DNA of 64,000 nucleotides from Macrostomum hystrix (lineage: Eukaryota > Animalia > Platyhelminthes): NCBI GenBank assembly GCA_950097015.1, contig CATNEN010000002.1:2418001-2482000 (forward strand). The letters run 5' to 3'. A model generated the notes under the pieces. That model did not search any database. It was not told the DNA's origin and saw nothing but the letters and a program-made list of their open reading frames with translations. A program made the position numbers and the translations under genes. Shown piece after piece: positions 36,185-50,300 of the stretch. Positions within the stretch are counted from its first letter, which is position 1, and every line of letters begins with the position of its first letter.

Positions 36185-37228
36185 TGACATCCGAGCTCCT
36201 CAGAGAGAGAGTGCATAACTCAAACTGTGATATTTGTACTGAAATGTTGTTGAAAACTGCGGAAATCGATTCCATTACTGCTTACTGTGTGAATCCAAGT
36301 GATGTTCAATTTTTCAGATAATTCTGCTGGGTAGCTTAATGTGGGTGCACGTAGCCAAGACAACTAAAAGCAAAATGACGAAGTTTAACGGTTCTTGGAA
36401 ATCAGTTTAAGGTAGTTTAAGGCCGTCAAATTGCATTGAGGAAATATCTACTCATGTCTGGTTCATTTTTAGCTAAATTCATAACTGTGAGCATGTGAGA
36501 CTAGGAAACAAGAAACTAATTTTCTTAAACAAGAAATGCTGCTTATACAGTCGTACTTATTTCAGTGAAGTATCGCCCGTGGCCGGATGGAGTGACATAT
36601 TCATAGTTTTTTTGCTTGCTGAATATTTTCTTAATCATTATTGATTATTCAAGCGGAAAATGTGTTTAACTGCTTGAAAATCTATTACAGAGCTCTTCAA
36701 TTCACTAGTTTATTTTATAAAACCTAACAAACTTGGTTTATAAGGAAACGGACAATAACTTTCTTCATGGCGCAATTTTCGCTTAAAATATCTATCAAAC
36801 TAGCTCGCATTTGTCCACAAATCGAAAATATTGCGTCTTTAGTAGATACGAGTATAAAATAAAAAACTGTGATTTAGTTTTATGAAATATCGAACGCACC
36901 GCAACTTGGACAGCTGTTGGAATTACAGATCTGAGTGTACACTGAGATCTAACAGAACTCGACATGCTGGACGTTAATTCGTGTAGCTTCGTGTCTTTGC
37001 CAGCTCCTCCGAAGTGGCACCTGCCAATCAGGCTTTATCATTACGATTAGCTTCCTAAGCTTCCAATTAGATTCGTTTCATCTGGCTAGTTCATTTTAAA
37101 CGCGTGGCATAGTATTGCAAATAGAAACCTGCTTTATCATTTTCTGTATGTCGAATGCCAAGACTGACCTTCGAATTGTAAATTGGCTTCTAAGAGTGCG
37201 CACTGCAGCGCATGGCAGTGAAAAATTA

Positions 37229-37470
37229 GGGTTCAGTGGCCTAGTAGTAACAAGTCCGACACTAGGACCAAGGTCCGGAGCTCGAATCTACGGCCATCCA
37301 GATTTATTTGGCGCGCAGGAAATCATGTTCGAAAAAAATATGACAGAGAATGCGGGGTGTAATCAAGGAGTTGATTTCTTCAGGGCCGTGAGGGTGAGAG
37401 TGATAGTAGTGTACACAGCCTGACTTCCAGTGTACAGACCTGTGTGAGTGCGCGTTTGGAGGGCTGATCA
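37229..37470 (+). mobile_element. tRNA-derived SINE family 2 copy
   Basis: CAGTGGCCTAGTAG...ACCAAGGTCCGGAGCTCGAATC...ATTTGGCGCGCAG...GTGTACACAGCCTGAC...TGTACAGACCTGTGTGAG; homologous to 49093-49310. Confidence 0.65.
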
Positions 37471-37473
37471 ATA

Positions 37474-37908
37474 GTGTTGAGAACAGGGTTGAGAACAGAG
37501 TTGGCAACTGTGTTGAGAACAGGGTTGAGAGCAGTGTTGAGAACAGTGTTGAGAGCAGGGTTGAGAACAGGGTTGAGAACAGAGTTGGCAACTGTGTTGA
37601 GAACAGGGTTGAGAGCAGTGTTGAGAACAGTGTTGAGAGCAGGGTTGAGAACAGTGTTGAGAACAGTGTTGAGAACAGGGTTGAGAACAGTGTTGAGAAC
37701 AGTGTTGAGAGCAGGGTTGAGAACAGTGTTGAGAACAGTGTTGAGAACAGGGTTGAGAACAGTGTTGAGAACAGTGTTGAGAACAGAGTTGAGAACAGTG
37801 TTGAGAACAGTGTTGAGAACAGAGTTGAGAACAGTGTTGAGAACAGTGTTGAGAACAGAGTTGAGAACAGTGTTGAGAACAGAGTTGAGAACAGAGTTGA
37901 GAACAGTT
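37474..37908. repeat. 12-bp tandem repeat (GTTGAGAACAGT)n
   Basis: About 36 units starting immediately 3' of the SINE family 2 copy. Confidence 0.95.
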
Positions 37909-39615
37909 TCGCAAACATTAGGGTATTGGGGTGAGTGTTAAAGAGCTACTATAAGAAGAAAAGTGGCTGAGCCACTCGAAGTGCTCAGCGTACTTGGTCC
38001 TTTAACTATGCTCAGAGGTCAGCGGAATGAGCAAAATTCCTTCTCACTGGCTGTGGCTTGACTGTCGCCAAATAGAGCTCCAGTGACCGCAGCCCCCGTC
38101 AATGAGTTTTGTTAAGCAGCGAAAGTCAAGCATCTTTCTGTTTTGTTTAACTCGGTGAACTTAGAGCCAAAATTCGAAATACCGAGACCGGATGATTTGC
38201 TTAACTCCCTCACTGTCCCCCAACGCAAGGCTAATCCTATAATCCCCTGGGATTTGAGTCCAATCTGCATATCCATGGCAACGGAGATGTGTTTGCTGCT
38301 CATCTGCCGGCTTTAGATTTGGCTAATGGATGTGCTTAGGAATCAGCTAGAATTAATTTCCCTTTCAAACAACTTTTTCCACTACGATACTTTTTCCACT
38401 GATTCTGAATCGGCTTCTGGCTTCATGATCACGAAAGGACCCAGTTTCTGGACATTGCTCTGCGGAATGTAGCGATTCGATATTCATCATGAACCAGCTG
38501 ATCGGATGACTCAAGTGTCTTCTTCCAGTGAGATGAAAGTCTGTCTCACGAGTAACTTGAAAAGAATTAGAAAATCGCAACATTCTTCAATAGTCAATTT
38601 CGCTGTTGTTAAGCTGTATAAAAAAGTTTTTCATTTACTGAGCCTCCAAGCAAACATGCCATTATTGGCCAACAGTATATCGGATTAGTAAAGGTTGAGG
38701 GCACAAACTGGACGCTAGAAAAAAGAATTAACGCTATAGTCTATGGTAATAAGCACTCGGAAAGAAAGAGACTAATATTAGTAGTAATATAGTGGAATAT
38801 CAAAACCAACACAGAAACTGGAAATAAATAGGGTTGACAAAATATTTATTGATTAGTTATTGATTTGATCATTGAAAGTAAACTTAAAGACTGGAGTAAA
38901 ACAAATATTATCAGAGTCTACTTACAGCACTATCTGGAGTAAATTTGTTATTATTTAACAGTAGAGAGACAGTGGGGGTTAATTCAAATACCCACATTTT
39001 TAGTTTTTCTGAATCTCCCAAAATATTCAAGCAATCGCTATGAAAATCCCGAATCTGGCTAAAATTTTCCGCTCTAACCGATTAAACAACTCCCGGAATC
39101 AGAAAACATCGGCATCGTCGAGATATTCAACGATTGTCGTCGGAGCGTCTGGTGGCAAGAGACACAAATATAGACATATTTTTCTGCTAACAGAATTTCA
39201 TCATGTAACCATGTCACCTATCATTGTTTACTATTGTGGATTGATGAAACATTTTTTTTCATTTTAAACACGTTTGCATTCCCAATAGAGTTTATTCAGT
39301 GCAATTTTAGTTGTCCTTGCCCCCCTGAAGTCTCGGACAAGATCTGCTGAATACTTCACTGATGCGGACTTGGATAGCTTCGAAAGTTCATCGTTAGGGG
39401 CGGAAAATGTTGATTCAGGTGGTGGAATTTCACATAGATTGGTCATTTGGTTTGGGATCAATCGTGAAGAATGCAGTGGGTATTCTAAATACCACCGGGT
39501 CTTTCTGCATGGGAAAAGTTTTACTGTTAAAGTGCAACATAAGACTATAGCTAACAAAGTCAAAGATGCAATCGTTAGATTCAGCAAAAAGCTTTCAAGC
39601 TTTCCGGTTTCTCTG

Positions 39616-41000
39616 TCAGTGGTTCAACTTTTCTCTCACCCGTTGAATGTTCTTTTCGTCGTTCGTCTCCATGACAATGCGTCTCTCGTCCCTGATGGTC
39701 TCAATCTGCTGCAGACAAAACTGCACGTGTAAGCGCTGGTCGCTGTAGTGAGCCAGAGTGAGCAGCTCCTCCAGGTCCGGGTCGTCTTGCAGCTCTGACA
39801 GCCACGCATCAAAGTCGATGCCTTCAGCAGTGCGGAGCCGCTCAGCTTGCAGGCTCCAGATCAGGCAGCGGAAGTTCACGTACAGGTGAGATGCGCGAGG
39901 ATGCGACAGTCTGGCTGTGAGCAAAGTCCGCATGAACTCGGGAATGAACGGAAAGCTCGGTGGAGTGTCGGCCGGGAGGCAGAACCTCCACGCCCAGTCC
40001 GAGTCAGTGCGATCGAAGTCTCGGTGTTTGATCTCAGCCGGCTCCCAGCCTCTCTTGACTTTGTGATGCAGCAGAGCCATCAGGTGCGCATCGGCTTTTC
40101 CGCAGCGATGGAACTTCAAATGCGCCATGACGGTCAAGCAGACGGCTGCGCACTTGCACCAGGGCAGCCCACGGATGAGCTCGATCTGCTTCATCAAGGC
40201 TTCTTCGTCACAAAATTCAGATTGCAGCTCAGTCAGACAATGGTACACAATGCTGTACACATCTAGGCACCTCTCCGAAAATTCATTGCGTCCATCTCGG
40301 ACTTGGGAAGCCACGGGCGGCTGCGTCAGCGGTAACAGAGTAAACAGATGGAAATAAAATCTCTTAGACTTCAACGGTTCCAACTGGCTCATCATCAGCG
40401 TCAACACTACACCACTGTCGTCTCTCAGCTCACTCAGTCGGTCTCGCACCTTCCGCTTCGTGTTTTCGAACTCTCCTCTGATTCCTGCGTTCTTGAAGTA
40501 TATAGGAGCGTCAGGCATGAAGAAGTGCGGCATGCACTCATCGGGCGAGCTGCTGGAGTCGATGAAGCTCAGCATCATGTCGAGGGACTCCTCCAGCAGA
40601 GCCACCAGATTCTGTGGCTGCCACGCTTCGTTTGCGTCGCCGAGGTGCTTCTCCAGCATGAAGAAGAGCAGAGTCTTGGCATGGTAGGTCTTGAGTCCAG
40701 GCGTTGCCAGGAAGAGAGGCAAATATCTCTTGAAGATGAACTTGATCAGTACAAAGAGCTGGCCTTGAACTGTACTCAGGCTTCGCATGATCTTCTTCTC
40801 ATGGAAACTGAAGCTGACCCTGAACTCGTTTCTCTGATTCGGCCTTGTTGCTCGGACCAGGTGGACGAATATGAGTGGGCAGGCGGGCAGCAGTGTCTTC
40901 GTCCTGAGAGGGCAGAGTCCGCTGCAGCACTGCATCGCTTGGCAGATGTCTAGTGAGGGCCGGGAGCCACTGGCAGGAGTTGACACTGCAGGCTGGCTGC
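39616..41000 (-). CDS. Ankyrin-Mab21/cGLR gene, exon 3 (Mab-21 C-terminal lobe plus helical tail)
   Basis: Acceptor TTAATCAG at 41001. Mab-21 hallmarks SLDICQAM, EFRVSFSFHEKKIM, LIKFIFK, LKTYHAKTLLF, WQPQNL, CMPHFFMP. Stop at 39616. Confidence 0.88.
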
Positions 41001-41340
41001 CTGATTAATTATTAATTTTCGTCAAACAGGCATTTTTTCAAACGAAGTTTGACAAATTGCTTGCTAGATTATAATTTTTGCCAACTCAATGCATTTCCCC
41101 CTTATTTGCCACCTTCAGCTCATTAAGTTTCTAACTCAGAAAATACATTTTGACGGGGAAATATCTTAGCTCCGGGAGCTAATTTACTAGCTAAGGTAAA
41201 TAAGGTGGGAATTTCAGTAAATATATTTTCTTTACTCTTCCTTCTAAAGAGGCTAAATTTGCTAGTCTTCGTTTCCAAACGCACAGTTCTAAATCTGAAT
41301 ATGATGGTGCAGCCTCAATTGCAGGTCTCATCAGACTCAC

Positions 41341-41702
41341 CAGATCCGACTGGCACAATGGCGTGGCCTTGTATAACCTTCAGCCTGACGGCATCGTAAC
41401 AGCTGATCTCGCTCCGTCCGTTGCAGCCGCCATCCAGATGAAATCGCTGTCTTGCTTCTAGCACAGTCCAGTCAATGTCGGAGTCTGCCGCGGTCCTGCC
41501 GTTCACCTGCTGCAGGTTGTTGGCCCAGCCCTCCGCGAAGCTGCCCGTGATCTGCCTGTCATCATGAGCCAGGACTCGAGCGACTCCTTCCAGACTGTCA
41601 GCCAGCTGCTGCAGACAGCGGGCCCGCTCCTCAGTGAATCCTGACTCGCGGAGCAGCGAAGACAGATCGATAACTGGCCTTTGCTCCGATTTTGGAGGGG
41701 AC
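41341..41702 (-). CDS. Ankyrin-Mab21/cGLR gene, exon 2 (nucleotidyltransferase catalytic motifs)
   Basis: ITGSFAEGW...DSDIDWTV (G-S plus D-x-D). Acceptor TGCAG at 41703 (phase 2); donor GTGAGT at 41340 (phase 1). Confidence 0.88.
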
Positions 41703-41915
41703 CTGCACTTAAAAAAAGGCAAGATTTTGGTGATAAAATTCAGGCATTGCTTTTGCGTTAACTCGACAAAAAGACAAAGTTACTTGCGGTTCGATCAGTC
41801 ATTTGTAGTTAGTTTAAGTAAACAGTCATATATACATTTTTACACTTTCTCTCTGTGCAATTTATCTCTGTAAACACAGCTAAGCCAGCTATATTTTATG
41901 TACATGCGCTCGTAC

Positions 41916-43150
41916 CTGAGAATCCTGCAATGCTCTCGACAAGCTGTGGACTCGCGGATTTCATTTGGCTCATCTCGCTGACCCAACTTGGCTCCTCGGT
42001 CTGTGGGAGCCTTGGAGGCTCTGGCGTGACCCGCTGTGCGAGCTCGCAACAATGCCGTCCGACCTACGACATCCTCAGCATCCACTGACGCACCGACGTC
42101 CAGCAGCTGCTCGATGAGCTCATGGTGTCCTTCGTCCGCTGCCAGCATGAGCGCTGTGGACCCGCTGCTGTCTCGCAGGTCGATGTTTTCGCAGCTGAGT
42201 TTTCCACAGTCGATAAGAGTTGCAGCCAGTGGAACGTGGCCGCGTCTGATGGAGAGGCAGAGCAGCTGTGCCACCTGAGCTGGCTGCATCTGAGCCAGAG
42301 TGCAATCCAGGATTGAGTTGTCCCCAGAGACGGTAAGGTGCGAGAGCAAGGCGAGCAGGGGAGAGTCCTTCGTGAGCCAGTCCGGTGGAATGGCTGCGGC
42401 ATCAGCTGACGGGTCTCTACTTGAGTACTGAGCAGCTGCTCTCGTGTTGAGAATGGCATTCAGAGTTGAGCAGCTCATATTGGCTGCTGCGGATTTGCAG
42501 AGGCTGGACCAAACAGCTTCTTCTAGCTCCTTGTCAGCAATTGCGTTGGCAAAGTACTTCATCATTGGCCACTTGAAATGAGCAGCTGCACTCACGGCTG
42601 CCTTGAAGCAGAGCTTCTCTCTAAGATGGTGATCGGAGATCCTCAGCATGAGGTATTTTACTACGTGCCACCTGCTCTTAGCTGTCGCCGTGTCCGCCGC
42701 CTTCAAGCAGCTCTGGTCTCGAGTATTCGCGTCAGCGATTGCCTGAACAAAAAAGGTCACGAAGCTGAATGGAGCCCGACCCGCTGCATCGACCAAAGCA
42801 TCTCGACAGAATCCGTCTCTGCTTGGTTGATCAGCGATCGTGTCCACACAATCTTGTTTGGATCTCCACGTGGCGATTTCATTTTTCGGGAAACGTTCCG
42901 ATTCATCAGTTAGTCTGAGCTCGCTCCAAACACTCTGGGCCTGGCCTGTTCGTAGCTGAGGGAAATCCAGAAATGAGCGACTTATCACATGAGATTCGGG
43001 CATTTCGTTCTGTTCATAAGATGGATGATCTTCTTCATCTTCATGAACATCTGCATCGCAAGATTCATAGGTTTGTTTCATAGGTTTCAGAGGCGATAGG
43101 CCGTATATTCTTGACCGTTTCACTGATGCTTTTCCGATGCTGTTTCCCAT
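41916..43150 (-). CDS. Ankyrin-Mab21/cGLR gene, exon 1 (ankyrin repeats)
   Basis: GSTALMLAADEGHHELIEQLLDVGASVDAEDVVGRTAL is a canonical ANK repeat, preceded by degenerate helical repeats. Donor GTACGA at 41915, phase 2. Spliced CDS is 2982 nt (993 aa). Confidence 0.85.
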
Positions 43151-43619
43151 TTTTCTTAGAAGTCTTACTTTCTTGTCGCCTCGTGCTGTGAATCAGGTTT
43201 TTGTGTTGAACTCTAGTATGATTTGTATAATAATATAACATTGACATCTCTGAGATCCTTGAATTAGCTGTCTTCAAGATGTGAGAGACAGCATTGGTGG
43301 GCAAGGGTTTCTTTCTCAAGTTCGAACAATGTGCTGGGGTACCTGAAAAGCTTTCTCGGTTCGTGGAGTATGCTATTTCTGTGCACCTGCTAGTCGAGCG
43401 TTAAAGGCGAGTAAAAGAAAAAGAAAAATAGCCAATTTCTATCCAGCGCATTTCCAGGAATTTTCCGCGGATTTTCCGTTAGCTAATTATAGCAATGGCT
43501 ATGCGCTCAACAGTCCTTTAACGGACAAAGAACTTTTTTGACCAACTGGGTTTAGCAGTTTGTCAGACCTGCATTGGTATTCGTGGTGTTAGCTGGTGTT
43601 GGTGGATTAATAAGATAAC

Positions 43620-43975
43620 AGTGAACAAGCGGACAGATTCAGCTGTGAATAAATGAATTGGTGAATGGGTAAATAGGTACATAGGTGAATAGGTGCATAG
43701 GTGAATAGGTGAACACATACAAGCTGTGAACAGGTGAACAGATACAAGCTGGGAATAAGTGAATAGGTGAATAGGTAAATAGGTACATAGGTCAATAGGT
43801 GAACAGATTCAAGCTGTGAATAAGTGAATTGGTGAATAGGTAAATAGACACATACAAGCTGTGAACAGGTGAACAGATACAAGCTGTGAACAGGTGAACA
43901 GACACAAGCTGTGAACAAGTGAACAGATACAAGCTGTGAACAGGTGAACACATACATGCTGTGAACAGGTGAATA
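43620..43975. repeat. GTGAACAG / GTGAATAG-rich minisatellite
   Basis: Repeated GTGAACAGGTGAACAGATACAAGCT units. Confidence 0.85.
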
Positions 43976-44394
43976 GCCTGCTGAAGTGGACATTGGTAAT
44001 GGGCGAGGCTGCACAATTCTGAATTTAGTCAGAAATTTTTGTCATTTTTCCTTCATAGTCCTGGCGAGGTTCTTGTCCAGGATGACTGTCGCAGGACCAA
44101 GACAATATCTAGCATCTATATTTAGTCGAGAGTGTCAATTGGGGATTATGCGAATAGCGGTAGCAACAAGTTAGATTTACTCATAAACATTCTCAAAAGC
44201 ATTTATTGATTGCTGCAAGAACTTTGTTGGCAACTTAAAACGCAGTTGTTTCGCTCAATTCATATTGTTTTAGATGAGATAATGTATTTCATAATCAAAA
44301 ATTACCAGACAATTAAATTTCAAACCGAGTACATTATGTAAAGGTATATTTCGTGCCACTTCGGCTTTCTTGTGTACTTTTCTTTATCAGCCAA

Positions 44395-47300
44395 TCAGAG
44401 TGGACTATTAAGAATAACTCCGAATAGCGATCTCTCCGCGTCCCAGGTGCTCTTATATTCCGCCTTGCCGAGAGAGTTCTCAGCGGAGCACACGTAGGTG
44501 CCATACGCGTTGTCGCGGCCGATGTTCTCTGCAGTTGTGAAGGTGTCAAGCGATGAAAATTTGGGAGTCGAAATGCAGTGTGTCACTACAGCCAATGCAT
44601 TCTGACTAGCTTTCCTTAGAATATATTCTGGCTTAGATAAATGAATTCTAGTGTCACTATTGACTTTGTGCTTGCTAGGCGATTCTATTTCTTCGCGGAA
44701 ATTCCATGGACTGCCCATACTATTTTTAGCACACGGGAAACCCACTTTACGTGATGCTTTTCAACCAATGGGAAAATAGGAATCATTTTCTCTTTTCCCA
44801 TGTTCTATTTTGTAAATGCGCATTTGATCAGTCGATGGAAAATAGCGGAATTATATTTTAGAAAATAATGATACAGTTTTTTACTATTTTGATTATTTTA
44901 ACAGCCTCAAGCTATATTTTGGCTTCTCTATTGAGTTTTTTTCCACAGTCACACACAATAACCAATGATAATAATGAATAATAATTAATTAAGGCTATTA
45001 AGGCCCTATCCTATTAAGGTTCCTCGGTCGTTCAGTCCATGGACTGGGGAAACGCCCCCACCACCCTCAATTACCCCACCTAATGCTGGTACCCATGTAA
45101 CAAATGTATAAAGTGAAGCAATTTAAAGATAATTGTATTGCTAAACAACACAAATTGTTCACTATTGGAGTCGAGAATCGAACTTCCGACCTTCAAGTCG
45201 AGAGCTTCACGCTCTAATCACAAAGCTCCAACCACACGCGCTGATTGGTTGAACCAATCAATCTAGATAAAAGCGAGTAACAAGTTCACAAACCTATCTA
45301 CCAGCTTTGTTACTTCCTTATCGCTCCTTTCCGATTGAGCAAGCGAGTTGATGTCCTTTCCTTACCTTTTGGTAGTCTGAAATGGAAGGGGTGTTAGAAT
45401 AGCCTTTAGAATCTGTTTGTGTACTTCAATTCATTAAACCACAATGCTTCTAAATCTAAACACTCACTTGTAAACTAGCTGCGACCCGTATGTGTTGGAG
45501 CTCCAATTGCTGTAGTAGGCCTCCTCAAACTGCCTGATCCACCTTGGGGTCTCCAGTTGAACATTGTCCGCGTCGCGCTTGGTAATATCCAGATCCGGGA
45601 ACGGGTAGCCGGCAACGATGCATTCAAAATAAATGTCGCCTTTGCCCGTCTTTGTGATGAATATCCTGCCGTTACTCTCCCGATAGTCGCCTTCGCCAGG
45701 TCGGGCTAAGGGGTCGAGGTTAAACGTACTTTAGCCCGACTAACGCACTTAGGGATGTCAACTTAAGACTCCAGAATGGAGACCTATGGTCAATCATCGA
45801 ACCAAATCAACTGAAATCAGCAGATGGTCGATATAGTTGACCCAGAGTATCCCCAGGGTACCCTGAAATAAAGCGAACCCTAGGACTGAGCGAAACCCAT
45901 TTCCCTGACTCCTGAGCACACAGTACACAGATGATGTACACAGACCCTGATTTCAGGTAAAGTACTATCTTACTGCACCTTTAAGCTGGCCCTAAAGCGT
46001 GCCAATTGTACAGCAAGACCCTTGAACCTTCTCGCTGCAGCTGCCCCCCAAGTTAGTGTGGGCATGCCGCGAGTTCGGTCAGGAATCTTGGTGCTCTGAG
46101 AAACTGAGACCGCTCTGCCACTCACCCCCTCCTGAGTCCAAGCTACTCAGTTGGAAAATGTGACAGGAATGGAATCTTCGACAACGGCCTTGAAGGCGTC
46201 TCTCATGATGCAATCTTGAAGCTTACTCCGCTATAACTGAACCTAATCCGAATTAGCTTTCACAACTTCCAGCAGACTTTCACAACTTCCACAACTTCCG
46301 TGCCTACTGTACAGCTTTTACAACTTCCAGCAGAATCATGTTGCGCGAAAAGCTCTTACTTTGCATGAAAGCCTTGATGGGCACCGACTGAATAAGCAGA
46401 TCTTCAACGCCCGATACGTTGATGAATGACCTGACGGCCACGCACATGAAAATGCCCGAATCGCTCACGGAGCCAGTCTGCAGCGTCAGTGTCGCCTTGC
46501 CGCCCTCCAAACGCTTTTTCATGCCGGAAACCTCGGTGGCAGTGCCGGCTTCCCTCTCATCGTAGAGGCACTTGTAGTTCTTGCACTTTTGTGAGTGTGC
46601 GTGTGATAGGATGCTTGCAAAAATATTCCAAATAGAACGGCTATTTACAGGGCTTTCCAGTTTAACCTACCTTGACCCAGTCCAGGTAGCGATATGCGTC
46701 TGAATTTCTATCCACTTCTGCGTCGTAGTTCTGCAGAGTGCAGGTCAGCTCAATCGGTGGTCCATCGCGGCGCAAATCGACGGTGTCCGGATTTCGAATC
46801 ATCAACGAAGAGTCCGCGATGTCCTTCATTGTGACGACGATGTTGGGCCTCTCGGGAATCGCTGAAGAAAACGATAGTTTGCTAAAATTATCTTAGTGGA
46901 AGGCTGGTGGGACTCCTTCTAAACCGGCCGATCTCTATCTGTACGGACTCACAGACTGGTTCTCTGACTCACTGCTTTGGTCTCTTCACTCACAAAGATT
47001 TAGTAGGCCTGTGCTTAGAGATTCAGGCACTAATCTGGAGGTCGGGAGTTCAAACATCAGCAAAGAAGAATTAATCTGTATTCTCGATTCGCAGCCAACG
47101 GAGAGACAATTCAGCACATTTCGCTGACTTCAGAACATGCACAGGTACATGGATACTGTGTACAGGCACAAACTCACAGGTGATCGTATCTGCTTTGAAG
47201 TTTCTTCAGGCAGTGTACACTCTCAATGTACCTTGGGGTTCGGCTCTCAAGGGCATAAATGGCACGACAAGCCCCGAAGCCTCGGAATCGAGCTCAGGGA

Positions 47301-50300
47301 CATTGGTGAAGAAATGAAACTAAAACAAGTGTCGCCAATGTGTATCTCTAATTCTTACTGAACACAATGATTTTAAAGTAGCGCTGCCCGATGCCCAGCG
47401 AAGGAATCTCGGAAGCATTCTGAGGCCGGACAAAGCAGACAATCTCCTTGTTGTTGAGCGTGTCAGGGATGTCGCTGATTGTCAGAGTGTTGCCCTCCTG
47501 CTTGGCGTAGTGAGGAAGTCCGTTCTGGCCGACTAGATAGAACTCGTACTGGTGCGGGAATGGGATCTCAGAGACTCGACCGCCCCTTCAGAATGGAAAA
47601 AGCAGAACAGCTGATATTGTAGTTGTAAGATGCAGTGAGCAAACAAAAATTTCTTTACCACGCTCGGGTTTAATAAAAGAAATTATATTTTCGATAAGAG
47701 ACTTGTTTCTACGAGTTGATCGAATCTGCAGTATTTGATGGATTCAAAAAACTATCCAGGCAATAAATGTTGCCTAGTCTCTACTAAACTGTCAGTTTTT
47801 CTGAATCATGTCAAGACCACCACTACTCCGCTCCACTTGTTATAAGAGTATATGCAAAATACGAGCTCGTACGTAGCCCTTTTCTAGATACAACTTCATC
47901 CGCCGTTCAAAACGCATATTTAAAATTTAATTCCAATTATGTATAACAAAATAGATAAATAGTAATTGATGTTCTCCCAGCCACCCTAACTCCTCCTAGA
48001 TCATCGTACAACCACGGGCCAATCAGAGCGCGGACTAGCTCTCTTGCTGTTCGGGCATTCTTACTCATCGTATTTAGCGTCGCATCGGATCAGCGCCACT
48101 CCACCGCGGGTCATGTAGAACGTGAGGTAGCTCTTATTGTAGCTGTACCACTTGTAATACTTCATGCGAATGCGGATTTTCGACTGCACTTTCACAAAGT
48201 CGAGCTTTTTTGTGTAGGATGTCACGGCTTTGGTCTCAGGATTCTGTTGTTTAGCTCGGCACTGCCATTGGTAATCGGCGTACCTATCGTAGCTTGGCAC
48301 CCGACAGTAGACAATATTCCACGCTACCTTCATATTTTCGCATTGCTTTATTACTAGAGGCACGTCCGACGCTGTGTATGGGTCATCGTGCACCAGCTCC
48401 AGGTCCGTGCCGTACGGACTTCCAGTCATGTGGCAGTATATGGTCACATTCGGGTCATAGTAGCCGATTCCAGTCGAGCCGAACTGGTCCATCGGAGAGT
48501 AGACAGTGTCGGTCACCGCGAGGCTGTCGTTTTGCACTTTGTACATCATGCCGTAAGTGTCTTTCAGGATGATCTTCAGCTGCAGTGGATCGTCTGAGGA
48601 TCCGAATTTTTACAGACACATTTTTATGAAGGGTTGAGGTAGACTATCAAAACAAAGAATTTCTTATTCAAATGTTAAAAGGCGAGTAAGAAAAAAAAGT
48701 GAAAAAAGTCAGTATATGATATCATACGCACTAAGTAAAAAATCCGTAAATAAACTTACAGTCCATCGACTCGAAGCGCATGGTGATCGACCTGGTTTTG
48801 TATACAAAGTTTTTTTTTGCATAGCAAGTGAAGACCAACTGGTGTACGTCCTTGTCCATAATAAAAGTAATGTTCGCGTAGCTTCGGTTTCCGATCTGAC
48901 CCTCGTCAGCGAACTGTTAAAATAAATTCGGAATGTGTGAAGCTAGTCCAAAGGCCACATTGAATTTTGAGGCTTTCGCAGTGCACCAATGTCTGACAGG
49001 GACAAATGTGGAACAGTAATACAACCTGGAGGGAGTTTGCCTGTGCAAGCATCCGTGTCGACTTATACACAGTCTGTGTGTCTACTACCCGTGGGGGGTT
49101 AGTGGCAGAGCGGTAGCGGTCTAACGCATTTGCCTCACGCACCAAGGTCCCTGAGCTCGATTCCGCGGCGAGGCCACATTCATTTGGGGCGCAGCCGCAG
49201 AGGATGCCCTTGAGGGCCAACCTCCGAGGTACAGTGAGAGTGTACACTGCCTGACGATGAGAAATTCAGGGCGATGTACACACCTGTGTGAGCGTGAGTC
49301 TGCGTACAGTATCTGTGTGCTTGTGTGCTCAGGAGTCAGCGGATTGGGCAGAATTGCCTCCTCGCTTTCTGCAGGAATAGTGTCAATAAATTATATGCTA
49401 TTGCCTGCATCTGCTGCAATTAATATATAATTACTATCGTTTATTTAGCTGATATTATGAATATTCTTACTAGTACTATTGTTATTATTGTTATTAATAT
49501 TTTTACTGGTGGCGAATCGAATGTCGTCAATATTGTACAAAATAATTTCAATACTTCGAGATCCAGAACACTTACAACCACGCCAGGAAGGGTAGTAACA
49601 TTCTTCCCCCAAACATCCCACCAGATCTTGGCTGGCGGCACAGCGTTTTCAACGTAGCAATAGAACGACTGACGCCCGCCATTGATGAAATACCTTTCCG
49701 CAATGATGTATTTCGGTACGGGCGGCTTCTCTGAAGGTGGAAATTGAAACAAAGAGTGCATAGAACAATGACTACATGCAAATTGTTGGTGCCAACCAGT
49801 CCAAAGGCTTGACCGTGACCTCTTCAAGGCTTCAAAACTTGCCCAAGGCCACATATTTTTTTCGTTCGGCTGAAGTTCGAACTCCAAACCTCATAGTAAG
49901 AAATTCGAAGCTCTAACCATTAAGCTACAGCCACTAGCTCTAAAGTTACCCCCAGCTCCTAAGCTTTCTTTCCAATTTAGGCATGGTACCTTCGACTGCA
50001 GTGATGAAGACGTTGTACTCCATGACCTTGGAGAACTGCGCCTCGCGGCCAGGTTGAAAGAAGGTGTGGCAACGGCAATAGTACATGCCAGAGCTGTCGT
50101 GCTTCAAGCCGGTGATGTTCAAATTCGGCTCAGTCTCCGAGTACAATGGAATCATCTTGGGCCGATTGCGTCCGAGCAACTGCCGGGCACTTTTCAGCGG
50201 CTTGTACACCCAGGAATAGCGATGACATGGCAGCCCGTCGTCATCCAGATTGTTGCTGCTAGGCAAGCATGATAAGATGAAGTGTGTCCCCTCAGTAAGA

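Noticed and set aside
49245-49285. Hammerhead-like CTGACGA...GAAA
   Set aside because: There is no stem II between the motifs; it is a simple hairpin within SINE family 2.
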